Assembly (NCBI GenBank): GCA_013239625.1
Contig: MU053557.1
Coordinates: forward strand, 1,247,063 to 1,311,062
DNA length: 64,000 bases
Direction: 5' to 3'
DNA from: Lama guanicoe
Taxonomy: Eukaryota
The number at the start of each line of letters is the position of its first letter. Position 1 is the stretch's first letter. Shown here in pieces: positions 12,851 through 28,864 of this stretch. The translations under genes were made by a program, and so were the position numbers. Below the pieces are notes generated by a model. That model was not told the DNA's origin, made no database searches, and worked only from the letters and a program-made list of their open reading frames with translations.

Positions 12851-14551
12851 TCAAAAATAGGTAGCATGTATGAACGTTCTTTATAAAACGTTCTTTCTGC
12901 CAAAAGCTATCCAAATACAGGTTGTGATTACAGTAAATTAGTTATTTTAACCAAAACCTATAAAGTTGATGTTATCTTTACCTCCCTGCTATAATGTTAT
13001 AATGGAAGTGTAATACAACATTGAAGTAAAATCAACTGCAGACAGTAGTTTAGTAAACTAAACAGATCGTATTTTCTGGATGCTGAATACATTTTTTACC
13101 ATAACCCACTGAGACACTTCCCTCTTTGTCAACTAATAGGTTTTTGATGAGACCATTTTAGATCCATCTAGAGTTATATTATAAATTTTAATTTGCTCTA
13201 TTTATTTAATGAAGGTTATTGAGACTAATTCTCATTTTCTTGCAAATGTAAAAAAAATGATTTCCACTTAATTAAAATTAATGACCTTCACACTGACAAA
13301 GATTTTTTAGTTCAGAAAATGAGATTTAAGACAGTGCAAAAGAAGAGCCCAGCACAAATGTAATAAATTGGGAGAAGCCTTCTTTGGCACATACGATGAC
13401 AGTTTGCTTTGCAAGTTTCATCTCCAGAATTAGTGAGGAGAAATTGCAGTTTGCTAACAGAACGTGGGATTCTTTATAACAAGTGACACTGCTTTGGTTT
13501 TGGGCTCCTGTCTCATATATGCCTAAACATTGCATTTTGCTTAATTTGAAAAAATTCACTCAATATAAATGAGTAAAGGAGTAGGGGCAATGGAATTTAA
13601 ATACCATAAAAGCCACCCTTAATATTGTGTCATTTTGTGCAAAGTCAAGCTTTGGATATTAATGGGAAAATTAAGACGAGTCTACATAAAACCAGAAGCT
13701 GAGGCAAACAGCGAAGTGTGTTTTGTTGTGCACACCTATTGAGTATACTCCTCATGTGAAGCCTCCCTAGCACCCTGTGAGCTGTATGTATAATTTATTA
13801 GAAAAGCAAAAGTAAAATCCCCTCCATGTTAAATTGCAGAATTTACTTCTCCTTAAAGTCAGTGGACAGAGTAAGTTTCTTTTTAATAGCAGTGATTCAA
13901 GGACAAATCCGTTGAAGCTTCTATTTGAATGCAAAGTCAAATTTCACTTAGCAAATACTGTGAAAATTAAAGATCAAAAGAAATGAAAGCAGTCAGAATT
14001 TCTTCCTAAAACAACAGGTTGTTGAGTTTGCAGACTGCCCTTTAGACACCAATCCTTGTTCAAGTCCAATGTAGCTATTTTCTTTACTCTCTTTGGAAAT
14101 GAGAGACTGGGGGAAATACTCACAACATGATGGCGTAAGCCATATTCCTAAGATGTTTATTCAATCGGCCCTTAGGTGCTTTGAAAATAAAAACAGTTGC
14201 GTCGTCCCTGGGACTCGGGGAGAATGGTTAGAAGTGATCTGCTGAAGAAACGTGATGCCTATTGAATCATGACACACTGCTCTGAGTGGACTGTCTGCGG
14301 CAGTCACCTGGGGTGAGTAGATGATTTATTGCTCCCATGGGAAGAAAGAAGAAAAAGGGCAGTTTCCGTTCTGACTTGTCTGTCAGTATTTGGGAGTCAT
14401 TTTGTGGGAACAGGTAGTGGTATTGCACCAGGACAGTGATGGGTAAGTTGGCCAAAGACTGACTGGATTTATTCACAGTGAAAGGCAAGGAAGGGAGGGG
14501 GCTGAAGGCAACAAATTTTATTTGAAATAATTTGTTTTTAAAAGAACATCT

Positions 14552-14986
14552 AATGCCATTTGCAGCAACATGGATGGACCTAGAAATTGTCATATTAAGT
14601 GAAGTAAGTCACACAGAGAAAGACAAATACTACATGATATCACTTCTATGTGAAATCTGGAAATAAATAAAATGATACAAATGGACTTATTTACAAAACA
14701 GAAACAGACTCACAGACATAGCAAAGAAACTTAGGCTTACCAAAGGGGAAGTCAGAAAGCATTAATGAGGAGTTTGGGGTTAGCAGCTACAAACTACTAT
14801 ACATAAAATAGATAAACAATGAGGACCCTGCAGTATAGCACAGGGAACTATATCCAATATCTTGTAATAACCTATAGTGGAAAAGAATATAAAAAGGTGT
14901 ATGTATATGTATAACAATCATTTTTGCTGTGCACCTGAAACTAACACAACATTGTAAATCAACTATCCTTCAATAACAATTTTTTT
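14552..14986 (+). mobile_element. 5'-truncated LINE-1 3' end
   Basis: atgccatttgcagcaacatggatggacctaga...ttgtaaatcaactatccttcaataa; TSD-like aaaagaacatct (14540-14551) and aaaaggcatct (14987-14997). Confidence 0.9.
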
Positions 14987-16449
14987 AAAAGGCATCTGAG
15001 ATGATGCTTCCTCAGGGGCTTGTGCTGAATGTACTCAAGTGCTAAGGCTGCCAGCATTCAGGAAGCCCTTCAGTGGGGTCTGACAAGCCGACAACAGTAT
15101 CCAGGCTTGTTTTGATCTTCCAGGACTCATCAGGCTTTGCAGCTGTTCTTTCTCAAAGAAGCTCTCGGACAGGAAGGGAATAATTCATTTACCCTGAACG
15201 CGTAAGTCAGGATCAGAAAGGCCAAGGACAGGGCTCATGGGTTGCTGGGTCCTCCCCTTCTGCCCCAGCAGCCTCTTACAGAGCTCTGCGGGCCAGGTGG
15301 CCAGATTGGACATGGAAAATAGTGATGTTGCTGGGTGAGTCCATGATGTCTGTGAAAAGAATGCACTCAAGGGCCACTAAAGCTCTAGTTCATATTCACA
15401 TAGTTCTTAATCCTGCCTTTTTCTAGAGGACAAAAGAAGGAATACGTAATCATTTCACTAAAAACAAACCATTTACTTAGTGTCTACTAAGTGCCAGGCA
15501 CTGTGCTAGGCTTTGGAGGTATAAAAATAAATATATAGATTCTTTGCCCTTGATAAGCTTAGTTTAGTGTGAAATGTAAGAAATGAAACAATTACATCTG
15601 TGTATATGTATATATAAACACAAAATATGATATTATTTCTAAACAGAAATCATAGGGTGCAATGATTGATTACAGTGGGGAGTACCTGATCTAGCTGAGG
15701 AAGTGTCATTTTAACGGAGACAAAAAATAAGGAAGATTTAACAAGTTAGGGAATGTAGGAGAGTGTCCAGGAAATACAAGGAGCCTGTGAGGGAAAGTCT
15801 GTTGAGCTCTAGAACCAAGAGTGTGCAGAGGCGACCTAAGAGTGAGAAATTAAAGGAAAGGTGAGGAGACGGGAGAGTGTCTCATGGGAGCTGGTGATGA
15901 AGCACAGGTCAGAAAGGAGGTCGCCTTGGGAGAAAGCATTGTGAAATAGCTCCTTGAACCCCCTTTTTCTGTGACATGTGAACAGAGGCGAGGACACAAA
16001 CTCAGTGGTGGAGTTATTAGCAGCCAGGAAACACACAGACCACATCTCTTGATGCCAGAGGAGCTCAGATTTTAAAAAGACTGGTTGAGCTGATTCTCCT
16101 GGAAGATTTACTTTGGAAGTCAGTTCTATTGCTTTATGTCCTGTGTTGATCTTGAGGTGCCACAGTTAAATAATCGATAAAAGTGTTTATAATCTGTGCC
16201 TTCACCTTGGACCTACCTTTCCTGAATCACTTGAGTGAGTCTCACAGTTGGCTGGTTTAGAGCCTTGGCACAAATGATCCCTCTAATACACAAATTGAAT
16301 AGAAGTTATGGTTTATTGTGATAACTTAAGAATATGCTGTCTCACCAGAGCATAGCATAGAACATCAGAGCAGCCAGTAAAAACGTGTTTGGAATTTCCC
16401 AGTTCAACTTGGAAGATCCTCTTGATTTGCTTCCAGTCTAGGGTGAGGA

Positions 16450-17110
16450 CACTTAGGTTGTTTCCATATATTGCTATTGTAAATGATGCTACAATAAGCA
16501 TATAAACATGGGGGTGCAGCTTTCTCTTTGAGATAGTGATTTCATTTCCTTTGGATACATACTTAAAATTGGGATTGTTGGATCATATAATCTATTTTTA
16601 ATCTTTTTGAGAAACCTTTATCTATTTCCATAATGGTTGTAACCAATTTACACCCCCATCAGTAGTGCATGAGGATTTCCTTTTCTCCACATTCTCAACA
16701 ATATTTGTTAGCTCTTCTGGGTAATAAGCATTCTGATAGGTGTGAAGTGACACCTCTTTGTAGTTTTGATTTTTATTTCCTTGATGATTAGTGATGTTGA
16801 GCACCGTTTCGTTGGCCAGTTGGAAATATATCCACTCAGATTCTTTGCCCACTTTTTAATCAGATTAGTTGGTTTGTCTTAAGTTCTTTGTATATTTTGG
16901 GTATTAACCCCTTATCACATGTATAATTTGCAAATACCTTCTCTCATTCTGTAGGTTGCCTTTTCATTTCATTGATTCTTTTGCTATGCAAAAGCTTTTT
17001 AGTTTAATATAGTCTCACTTTATTTTGACTTTCTTTTAATGTCATATTCAAAAAGTCACTGTAAAACCATGGTCAAGAACGTTTTTCCCTATGTTTTATT
17101 TGAGGAATTA
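16450..17110 (-). mobile_element. Old LINE-1 ORF2 3' fragment (L1MA/MB-like)
   Basis: gctattgtaaatgatgct...tgatgattagtgatgttgagcac...tttgcaaataccttctctcattctgtaggttgcc, matching antisense L1 ORF2. Confidence 0.82.
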
Positions 17111-19336
17111 GTGTTTCTTTGGTAATTATTTGTCTTGACGGTGTTCCATATGCACCCATTAAACAATTACTGTGACCAGCAAATTGTCATAGGATAATTG
17201 CCTTAAGGATGCTATCAACTCCATTGAAGTTCTGTGGCTGAGAACAGGGAAAGAGTAGACTACTAAAGCCAACAAGCTGCTGGGGTTAGAGGGATAAATG
17301 CTAGAAAAGCAACCAGAAGTCTGTTTCACTTCTCCTCAGAGTTGCTTTTGAGAGTTTGCTGAGAACAAATTTAACCATTTTAACTACTTGTTTGTTTGTT
17401 TGTTTTTTCTTTTCTTTTTTTTTTCTGTTCTGAGGAGGTAAAGTGTAGCAGAGATGCTGTACGGAGTAAAAGACATTCTGCCACTTTCTGGTCTGGAACT
17501 TGAGCCGCCTCCAGTGTCCCCTCTCCTCCCTGCTGCATGGTCTGTCCTATTATGGACGTGTGATGTCCGCAAGGCAGCCCAGAAGGGGAATCAGAAGTTA
17601 GGGCTCCACCAGCAGGATGACATAGTGGTCTACTTCCTGACCCCAGTCAGGACTCCAGAAGGCCCTTTGTATGACTCAGGCTAGCTAGAAAACACCCACT
17701 CAAAATGAGCCAAGTCTTGTTATCCATTGGATGGTCTCGGTAGGCAATTAAGTCAGAGATTTGGCTAGAGTGAGACGGAAACTGCTTCCTGGTCAGGCTG
17801 AATGGCACCAGCAGGCCTGAGAATCTCTAGGAAGATTCAGGTGAGGAGAGATGACCTTAAGGATCAGTAATTTCTCAGGTAATACCTTACTTGTTATCTC
17901 CTCTGAGACAACTCTTCCCTTAGGGGCATTCTTAAAGACTCTGAACCATGACTTTTCTCTGGTTAGAAAATCCAGTGACTAAGCAGAAGGAAAGGTGGGT
18001 ATCTAGAGCTTCTATAATTTGCGCTAACCTTATTTGCTACTAATTCCTGATACAATACCCACTTGTGTTTCCCAAAGATGTCCTACAATATCCTGAATCT
18101 CTATCTTTGTGCAAACATCTCTCCTCTGTAAAACTACCATTTTTTAACTACCTAATTCCAATTAGTTCTTCAAGGATAAAATCAGTTTCTCCTTCCTCCT
18201 GAATTCTATTAGTAATAATTAATCTCTCCTTATAGACTAGACAGTATATAGCAAAATGATTTAAAGTTCAAACTGCAACCAAATTGACTATGGTTCTGGT
18301 CTTACCAGCTTATAAACTTGTACCCTTGGGCAAATTACTTAATGTTCCTGAGCTTCATTTTTTTTCATCTACAAAGTGCTCATCAAAGGAGTGCAGTGAG
18401 GGTTTAAAGAGATTTATGTAGAGTCTGGGTAATAGTAAATGCTCAAAATATGTTAGTTATTGTGAACAGTTTTGTATCTTCAGCTACATCAAGGACAGGG
18501 CCAGAACAATAAATACGTGCTGGGCTGCACGGAGCCAAGTAAGGGACCCTGTAGGCATAAAGGCATTTGAATAGAATGCTAGGAAAGCATCAGTGAACAA
18601 CTAAGCCACTGTGCTCACAAACATGTTTTAAAGATGTGTCCCTAGAGAAGCCTGCACGTCATCAGCTTCTTACAGTCAAGCGTGTCTTCACTTCGTGCCA
18701 CTCCCTCGACTGGCTCCCCCTCTTCCTCTGCAGTTGTTTCTTTGCATTCTTATGAAAACTCTGGGTGTTTGCTTTTCCTGTATAAATGTGCTAACTTTCT
18801 CTGATTAAAGCCCATTCTCTTTTGCTTGTTTCCCATTCATTTGACAGAATAATCCATAAAACTTTGTGGCTCAACTATGATATCCTTTTAACATTTTGAA
18901 TATTTTTATCATGGCTTATTAGGATAGTGAAATGATGGTAAATGTGTATTGAACAATCTTTATTCTCTAACTGATGGAAGAGAAAGAACTAGGAACAAAT
19001 GGAAAATTCCCTTAGAATCACACTGCTGCCACTCGGGATCCACAGTGGCCACATGGATGTGGAGGATGTGGAGCTTAGTCAGCCCTTGTCAACTGCCCTG
19101 TCTTACTAAGCCAGTCACCAACTTTATAAAATGATAAGAAATTCTAAAGCAAAATGAGAGAGGAGAGAGAGAGAGCCAGCAAACTTTTATTTCCACATTT
19201 CTTCTACTCTTGAAGCTTATTTTATTTGGACTTCACTTGTACTGATTTTCATTTTTTAGTTCTTTGTTGAAGACAGTCAATTGTTGTTCATGGTCCAGCT
19301 GATAAATCTTCACAGTATGTTAGGTTTTGCAAAGTT

Positions 19337-20304
19337 GTAAGTGGCTAATTTATTTGACATTTATCTTTCTGCCAGGGTTGAAAGGACGTATCTGACTCTG
19401 CATTTGATGGGAACTTTTAGCACCTTTTCATCTACAGCGTTTGTTCCCCTCAGTGGCGTTGACTCCACCGGAAAGCTCATGAAGGGTACGAGGCAGACAG
19501 CATTTGGTAGCTGTTTCTCACCTCCTGTTAGCAGCGCTTGTACAGACGCACCTCTCCAGCCCTCTCTCAGAACAGGGAGTTCCCCTAGCTGCTGAGGGTA
19601 CCGGCGGCTCACAGCACTGGGCAGACTCGCTCTCCGGGTAATGCTCTCAGGCAGTCAGTTTCTTCAGAGTCCAAGGTCAAGTCCCACCTCTGGGGTCTGA
19701 ACAGACCCTACCCTGATCAGTACCATGTTATGAAAGCTGGGCCCTTTACCTCAAAGGGAACCACTTGGAAGGGCCATCCCACTTCTCCACATTTCTGTGG
19801 GGTTGACTGAGGCCTTTCTTGGGAGTAAGTCATAGGTAAATCCTCTCTTTTCCCAACCTTATTTCCATCTCTTCCTCAAATGTGTTGATCTTGAGAACAT
19901 TCCTCAAAGAACTGCTATTTTAATATAGGTTTTATTATGATTTAGGTATGGTAAGACCAACAGGAAATGATGGCATTGAAAGGAGAGGCTTAGTGTTGAC
20001 GATATTGTGATAATTTCAGTGGGCTCTGGGGCACAGAGGCTGTCTTTCGTTGCCTCCCACCTAATCCTGGAGTAGGTCGGACTGGTTGCTGGGGTGTGGG
20101 CTCTGGACTGGTTTGCATTTAAAAAGCATAATCATGGCTAACTTGTCTACTATCTTCAGGAATTGAATCACTCCCCCTTTAATGTTGGCAAGGCCCCGGA
20201 TGTCAACATATCAGAATGCAGAAAATAGAAGACATGGTGAATACAGCCTCCTACATAAAAACTCTATCTCAGAGTCAGTCTCCTTGGGAACCAGACCAAA
20301 TTCA
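19337..20304. mobile_element. ERVL LTR16-like LTR interrupted by a second LTR fragment (~19918-20245)
   Basis: Ends aactctatctcagagtcagtctccttgggaacc (LTR16-type terminus); internal block taggttttattatgatttaggtatggtaagaccaacag...gacatggtgaataca resembles another old LTR. Confidence 0.5.
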
Positions 20305-20354
20305 GCCTCAGTCTCCACAATGCATAGTGTTTTAGGTTCCTAGTCCTCCAAATG

Positions 20355-20529
20355 TTGTACTGGTAAATGTTTTAACAGCTGATTTTCAAAAGAAAAAAAA
20401 ATCCCTCATCTAGAGCATTTACCAGTTTCCATGGTGTAATGCTTCCATCATGGCTGAGTTCAAGCTACCAACGTGTTGTCACTGAAAGTGAAGTTGGGAA
20501 GAACGCAGACACGATGAGCATACCACTGC
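20355..20529 (+). mobile_element. MER63-like hAT-Blackjack element
   Basis: gtactggtaaatgttttaaca...ttcaagctaccaacgtgttgtcactgaa...agcataccactg. Confidence 0.65.
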
Positions 20530-20849
20530 CTCTTCCTTAGGGAGAATAAAGTTATTTTTATAAAGTTTATCTGCCAACTAGAGTATAATAAGATGCTGCA
20601 TAACTAGAACTTAGTGAGCCTGCCCTGCTAATCCCTTTCCCCACAGTTCCCACATGTTCCAGGTGTGCGAACTGATTTTCTCCAGGCTTCCCCAGGATGG
20701 GAAATTAAATCAAACTGGCCATAATGATCTGTATTCCAGTAGACTTGTCAGTACTTGCTCAGGACATCTAGGACCCTGCATAGTTTCCTCAAGTTGTTTT
20801 TAGAAACTCTATGTGATAAATCAGATCTGCTCAAGAACTCTGGTTGGCT

Positions 20850-21710
20850 CTTGGAGGATGACGTCTGCTAGATGGTAGAACAAGTAAGAAGCGCTGGACT
20901 CTGCTTCATCCCATCAACACGCTGATTCAACAGCAATACAGAGAAAAATTCCCTTGGTGAGAAATCTAGAAGCTAGTTGAGGGGCACCTACACCTTGGCC
21001 AAGTGTGAAACCAGACACGTTGAAACCAGTAGGGAAATTCAAGGCAGCCTCTTGCCAGAATCCTTACCTCTGGCATAGTGCCGTACGATCAGGAGGAAAC
21101 ACCTCAGCTCCTGGTTTCTTGTGGGGGAAGGAAAGAATTGGACTGCCCGTCCAGTGCTCCAACTCTTCCAGGAGCTCCCCGGAGAACGAGCTTCTGTTTT
21201 GCCAGTCATGTGTGTGGTGCTTATGGGACCTGGCATGCTTTTGCCACCTAGGAAAAACAGAGTTGGTGGTTTGGGCTGGCACTCTCCATAACCTCTCCTC
21301 CTGGCTTAGCACAAAGTGAAGGCATGAAAACACGCAGCTCCCAGCTTCTCCCTGGGGAGGGAAAGACAATTGGACCACATGACAAATGCCCCAACTTTTA
21401 CAGATGCTGCTCGAGGACTGGCTTTTGTCTTGTCTGCTTCCGAGTGCTAACAGAACCCAGCACACTGTAGCCTCCTGAAGGCTGGTAAGAACAAAGACAG
21501 TGCTTCGATCTGGCATGCAACTAACCATGGCAGCCTTTCCCCTAGTTGAGCACAGAATAAATGGATGAAAGGCCTCAGCCCCAGCTTCTCCCTGGTGAGG
21601 GAAAGAGTCGGCCAGGGCATGTGATGAGACACCTTCCCTGGGGGCTGCCTGAGAAACTGTCCTTGGTCTCTCTTGTTTCAGAGCAGTGGCAGCATCTGTC
21701 ATGCTCTTAA
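20850..21710 (+). mobile_element. Old LINE-1 5' UTR region with ~240-bp sub-repeats
   Basis: Recalled similarity to old L1M 5' ends (aaattcccttggtgagaaatctagaagctagttgag...); repeated cccagcttctccctgg.gagggaaaga at 21340 and 21580. Confidence 0.6.
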
Positions 21711-21714
21711 GTGC

Positions 21715-22096
21715 CTGGAAGCTGTTAAGAATGATGAGGTGTCACCACGGCCATGTTCTCCTGAAACACGTAGGAGAGTCCTTGCTTCTTCCGACCTTCT
21801 GCGGGCTCTCTGGCCATCTGTGAGACTCCTTGGTTTGTGGAGGCATCTCCCTCAGCCTCTGTGTCACATAGTGGTCTCCTCGTGTGTCTTTCCCCTGTGT
21901 TTGCCTGTCTCTGTGTCCACATTTCTCCTTTTTATAAAGATATCAGTTACATTGGATGAGAGCTCACTGTAATGACCTCACTTTGATTTCATTACCTCTG
22001 TAAATACCTTATTTCCACATAAGGTCACGTTCTGAGTTGCTAGGGGTTAGGACTTTAATGTGTCTATTTTGAGGGGACAGAATTTAACTTATAACA
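21715..22096. mobile_element. MaLR LTR (MLT1B/C-like), one end missing
   Basis: ctccttggtttgtgg...ctcctttttataaaga...taaataccttatttccacataaggtcacgttctgag...ataaca. Confidence 0.78.
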
Positions 22097-22119
22097 ATCA
22101 CAATAAAAACTAATTATGC

Positions 22120-22446
22120 TCAAGACTTAGACAAGAAATATGAAAGAACCTAAACCAAGGTACATTTTAATCAAATTGCTTGAAACCAGTGAAGAAAGAT
22201 AATCTTCAAATCAGCCAGTGCAAATAGACATATTACAGACAGAAGAACAAAGAGAGGGCCTTTCATGTTTCTCATGCTTGGGGTGTGTGGGGCTTCTTGA
22301 ATCCATGGTCTTCATCAACTTTTCATCAACTTTGCAAAATTCTAAACCACATATTTTTATATTTATATATTAGCATTCATTTTTCCTGGTAAATTTTCTC
22401 TTTTGAATAATTTCTGTTGTTGTATCTTCAAGTTCACTAATCTTTT
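22120..22446. mobile_element. Decayed L1 ORF1 remnants in both orientations; minus-strand piece resumes at 24750 after the NAMPT insertion
   Basis: aaaccaaggtacattttaatcaaattgcttgaaaccagtg (PRHI.IKLLK-like, plus strand); tatcttcaagttcactaatctttt...tctgcaatgtc (antisense L1ME ORF1-like). Confidence 0.55.
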
Positions 22447-24749
<2,303 letters not shown>

Positions 24750-25119
24750 GCTCATTAATCTTTTATTCTGCAATGTCTTTTCTGTTGTGCATCCTATCTA
24801 GTGATTTTTTTTAAAATTTAAGACCTTGTAATTTCCATCTTTATCAGTTTGGTTTTGCTCCCTTTTATATCTCCCATGCTTCTACTTAGCATACCCAATC
24901 TTTATTCTAATGTGCTAACTGTATGGAGCATCTGTTCTATTTCTTACCTGGGTGGGAGATACCTGGTGTTTGCTTTACATTATTTGGTAAGTTTTACATT
25001 TCTGTTTTCTACGTGTATATTATACACTTTTCTTTGTGTATATTATACACTTTTCTACATGTATATTATATTTCAAAATGAAAATTAGATGGTCCAAGAA
25101 ATCGTATTAACTGCACATG

Positions 25120-25925
25120 CAAAGCATCCACAATCCAACCAGTTCCCACCACCTTCCCCACTGCTACCCTGGTCCAAGCCTCCACCATTCATTAACTTGT
25201 TAATAGCAAAACCCACCACACTGGACTTCCTTCTTCTGCCCTTGTCCCCTAAAGTCTACTTTCAGTTCAATGGCTAATGTCTTTCTCGTAAAATACGAGT
25301 GCAATGATGTCATTCCTCTACTCAAATCCCAATGGCTTCCCATCTCACTCAGAATCAAAGTCAAAGACTTTTTATGGTTTACAAAGCCTTATGTGTTCCA
25401 GCATCCTCTCTTCTCCAACTCCTTGATTAAAACTCGTTTCCTCTATGTTAACCACACAAGCCTGCCTTCTGTCCTTCTAACTTGCTGGACACTCACCTGC
25501 TTCAGAGGTACTGCACTTACAATTTTCCCTGCTTACAACTTTCTCTGCTTACAACACTCCTCCCGCTGATCCCCCATGGCTCACTCCCTTACCTTCATCA
25601 AATCTGTATGCAGATTTTATCTTCTTGATAGGTCTTTTCTGATCTTCTTTTTAAAATCAGTCTCCTTTCACCCACACCCCTATTGCCTCCTTCCTTCCTT
25701 CTTCTTTCCCTCTTTCTCTGCTTTCTTTTTTCCTTCTTTCTTTCTTGCATAGTACTTATCGTTATCATACTGTATATTTTATATTCATTTGTTTTTTGTT
25801 TGTGAAACTAAACTCTGCAAGGGAAATGGTTTTTATCAATTAAAAGATTATTACTTAAATCTTCAGTTCTTATATCAGTGTCTCATATGAAGTGTGTACT
25901 CAGGAATTCTTCTTTGAATAAATAT
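25120..25925 (+). mobile_element. L2 LINE fragment
   Basis: accctggtccaagcctccacc...atgtcattcctctactcaaatcccaatggcttcccatctcactcagaatcaaa...catggctcactcccttacc. Confidence 0.68.
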
Positions 25926-27981
25926 CCTTAAATCATTATTCTCTACTTTAAGGTAATTTTTCCTCCTTGAAATTTAAAAAAGAAAAGCACCTCCATTGTT
26001 GGTTTCAGTGGCTGGTACATAATGTGGAATGGTAGCTGTTTGTTGAATGAATGACTCTGCACCTCGCTAGTGGCAGTGTCGTCCTGTTATCCTAATGGTT
26101 ACAGATGGGGAGTAGGAGTATTCACTCTGATGGTCTATTTTTAGCTTTTTCTGTGATTGCCTTCAACATACATGAATATTCATTAGCTATTTATTTTGGG
26201 ACCTAAATATCACTCATTTGGTAAACATGTTGGTATGGAAAACACTGGGCAAGCCCCTGTAGATTAAAATAAAGACCATATTTTCTTCCAGACTCCCAAA
26301 ATATGCCTGCAAAATGAAATGCGTCCCTGCATTGGATGGTGTGCTGCTAAACGTGCATTTGCACAGATTCTGCCAACAGATCAGTGAATTGCCAATACAA
26401 AGCAGCCACTGAGGACGTATTTACTTCTCTTATAAAGGCCAGTACAGTTGTATGAGCCACAAATGAAATACATGCTGTAGAATTTGCAGGAATGCTTTCA
26501 GAGACTAGAAAGGATTACCTCTTAGCTGAAATAGCTTAGGGAACTGTTGCTGTCACTTCTAAAAGTCCCTTCTTTCTCAAGTAGAAAATATTGCTTGTTT
26601 GCCATGAAAATATGCTGCTGGTCAGAAAAAGTCTGTTTCTGTGCTTCAAGCCTGGCACATTTGGAATGACAGTTCTCACTCACCAGTCATTAATTACACC
26701 TAGAACAACGATGAAGGCCAGGGAGAGAGCCACGTGCTCTTGTTCCTGGGTCACAGTCTTCCTTGGCTGTGGTGCTGGCCAGCCTTGACTGTACTCCAGA
26801 GAGTGAAAGTCTCTCTGAAATACAGTGGCTGGCCTTACAAGTAGGACTTAAGTAGACTGATTAGTGCAGAGATTAACAGAACTAGTATGTCTCATATTGT
26901 GAGGATCTATTTAAAATATCTGCAAAATGTTACCATAGGTGTCTTATCTAATATCATCACTTTATAGATGGGATAATATAGGCCCAGAAAGGTGAACTTG
27001 TCCAAAGTCACAGAACTTGTTACTTGCAGGGTGGGATAAAAGGCCAGGTCACCTAACTTTTGATACCATGTTCTTTCCACTATATTATTCTCACAGTCAT
27101 GAGCCTATATGTTAGCCACACTGGGTCTCAAATAGTGGCATTTTAAAACTTTTTTTTTTAACTTTTATTGAGTTATAGTCATTTTACAATGTTGTGTCAA
27201 ATTCTAGTGTACAGCACAATTTTTCAGTTATATATGAACATATATATATATATATATATTCAGTCACATTTCTTGTTTCGCTGTGAGCTACCACAAGATC
27301 TTGTTTGTATTTCCCTGTGCTATACAGTATAATCTTGTTTATCTATTCTACATTTTAAAATCCCAGTCTGTCCCTTTCCACCCCCTGCCCCCACTGGCAA
27401 CCTCAAGTTTGTATTCTATGTCTATGAGTCTGTTTCTGTTTTGTATCTATGTTTTGTTTTGTTTTGTTTTTAGATTCCTCATATGAGTGACCTCATATGG
27501 TATTTTTCTTTCTCTTTCTGGCTTACTTCACTTAGAATGACATTCTCCAGGAACATCCATGTTGCCACTAATGGCGTTATGTTGTCAGTTTTTATGGCTG
27601 AATAGTATTCCATTATATAAATATACCACATCTTCTTTACTCAGTCATCTGTTGATGGACATTTAAGCTGTTTCCATGTCTTGGCTATTGTAAATAGTGC
27701 TGCTATGAACATTGGGGTGCAGGTGTCATTATGGAGTAGGGTTCCTTCTGGATTTATGCCCTGGAGCGGGATTCCTGGGTCATATGGTAAGTCTATTCCT
27801 AGTCTTTTGAGAAATCTCCATACTGTTTTCCACAATGGCTTTCCTTGGTTCCCTCTCCCACTCTTAATGATTTAGATGTCTTCTTTTACAATTTTGTGTT
27901 TATTCTTTTTGTAATTCATGGCAGTTATCTCCTTTCCAGTTACGAGTTTCTCATTTTTGTAGCATCCTGCTTCTTTTCTAT

Positions 27982-28864
27982 TTATAGTAGACCTTTCAGT
28001 ATTTCTTTTAAGCATGGGTTTAGTGTTGCTAAACTCTTGTAGTTTATGCTTGTCTGTGAAATTCTTTATCTCTCTTATTCTAAAGGATAGCCTTGCTGGA
28101 TAGAATATCCTAGACTGCATCTTTTTTTCAATCAGGACTTTGAATCTATCTTGCCACTCCCTTCTGGCCTGTAGTGTTTGTGTAGAGAAATCAGCTGAGA
28201 GCCTTATGGGGGTTCCCTTGTAACTCACTCTTTGTTTTTCTCTTGCTGCCTTTAGGATCATTGCTCTTCCTTGACTCTGGCCATCTTGATTATAATATGT
28301 CTTGGTGTGGGTCTGTTTGGGTTCTTCCTGTTTGGGACCCTCTGAGCCTCCTGTACTTGGATATCTGATTCCTTTAGACTTGGGAAGTTTTCAGTCATGA
28401 TTTCTTCAAAGACCTTTTCAGCTCCCTTTGTTCTTTCTTCCCCTTCTGGAACCCCTATTATGCGTAGATTGGCACGCTTTATATTATCCCATAGGTCCCT
28501 TATATTGTTTTCATTGTTTTTTATTTGTTTTTCTCTCAGCTGTTCTGATTGGGTGCTTTCTGTTGTCCTGTCTTCTAGGTCACTTACTCATTCCTCTGCA
28601 TCATCTAGCCTGCTTTGTACAGCCTTTAGGTCAGCTCTCATCTCAGCAAATGAGTTTACTAATTCTACTTGGTTCTTCTTTATAGCTTCTGTTTCTTTTT
28701 TGACATATTTTATATCTCTAAACACTATTTCTTTTAGTTCCTTCAGTACTTTGATCACTCCTTTTTAGTAGGTCATCAGTGTCTATTTCCTTGATCGTGC
28801 TTTCAGGGGATTTCTCTTGATCTTTTAATTGGGAGTGGTTCCTCTGCTTCTTCATATTGCTCAT
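27982..28864 (-). pseudogene. Disrupted L1 ORF1p (RNA-binding chaperone)
   Basis: Reads MSNMKKQRNHSQLKDQEKSPE..., RDLWDNIKRANLRIIGVPEGEE, ENFPSL, PTPRHIIIKMA, ILKAAREKQRVSYKGTPIRLSADFS, ARREW, YPARLSF. Has an in-frame TGA at 28590-28588 and several frameshifts; stop TAA at 27984-27982. Confidence 0.92.

Noticed and set aside
14124..14178. Possible 55-nt minus-strand exon (ttttcaaag acceptor, gtgagt donor; PKGRLNKHLRNMAYAIM)
   Set aside because: No recognisable homology or supporting gene structure.
21064..21702. 212-aa minus-strand ORF
   Set aside because: Antisense to an old L1 5' region with internal repeats; no recognisable domain.
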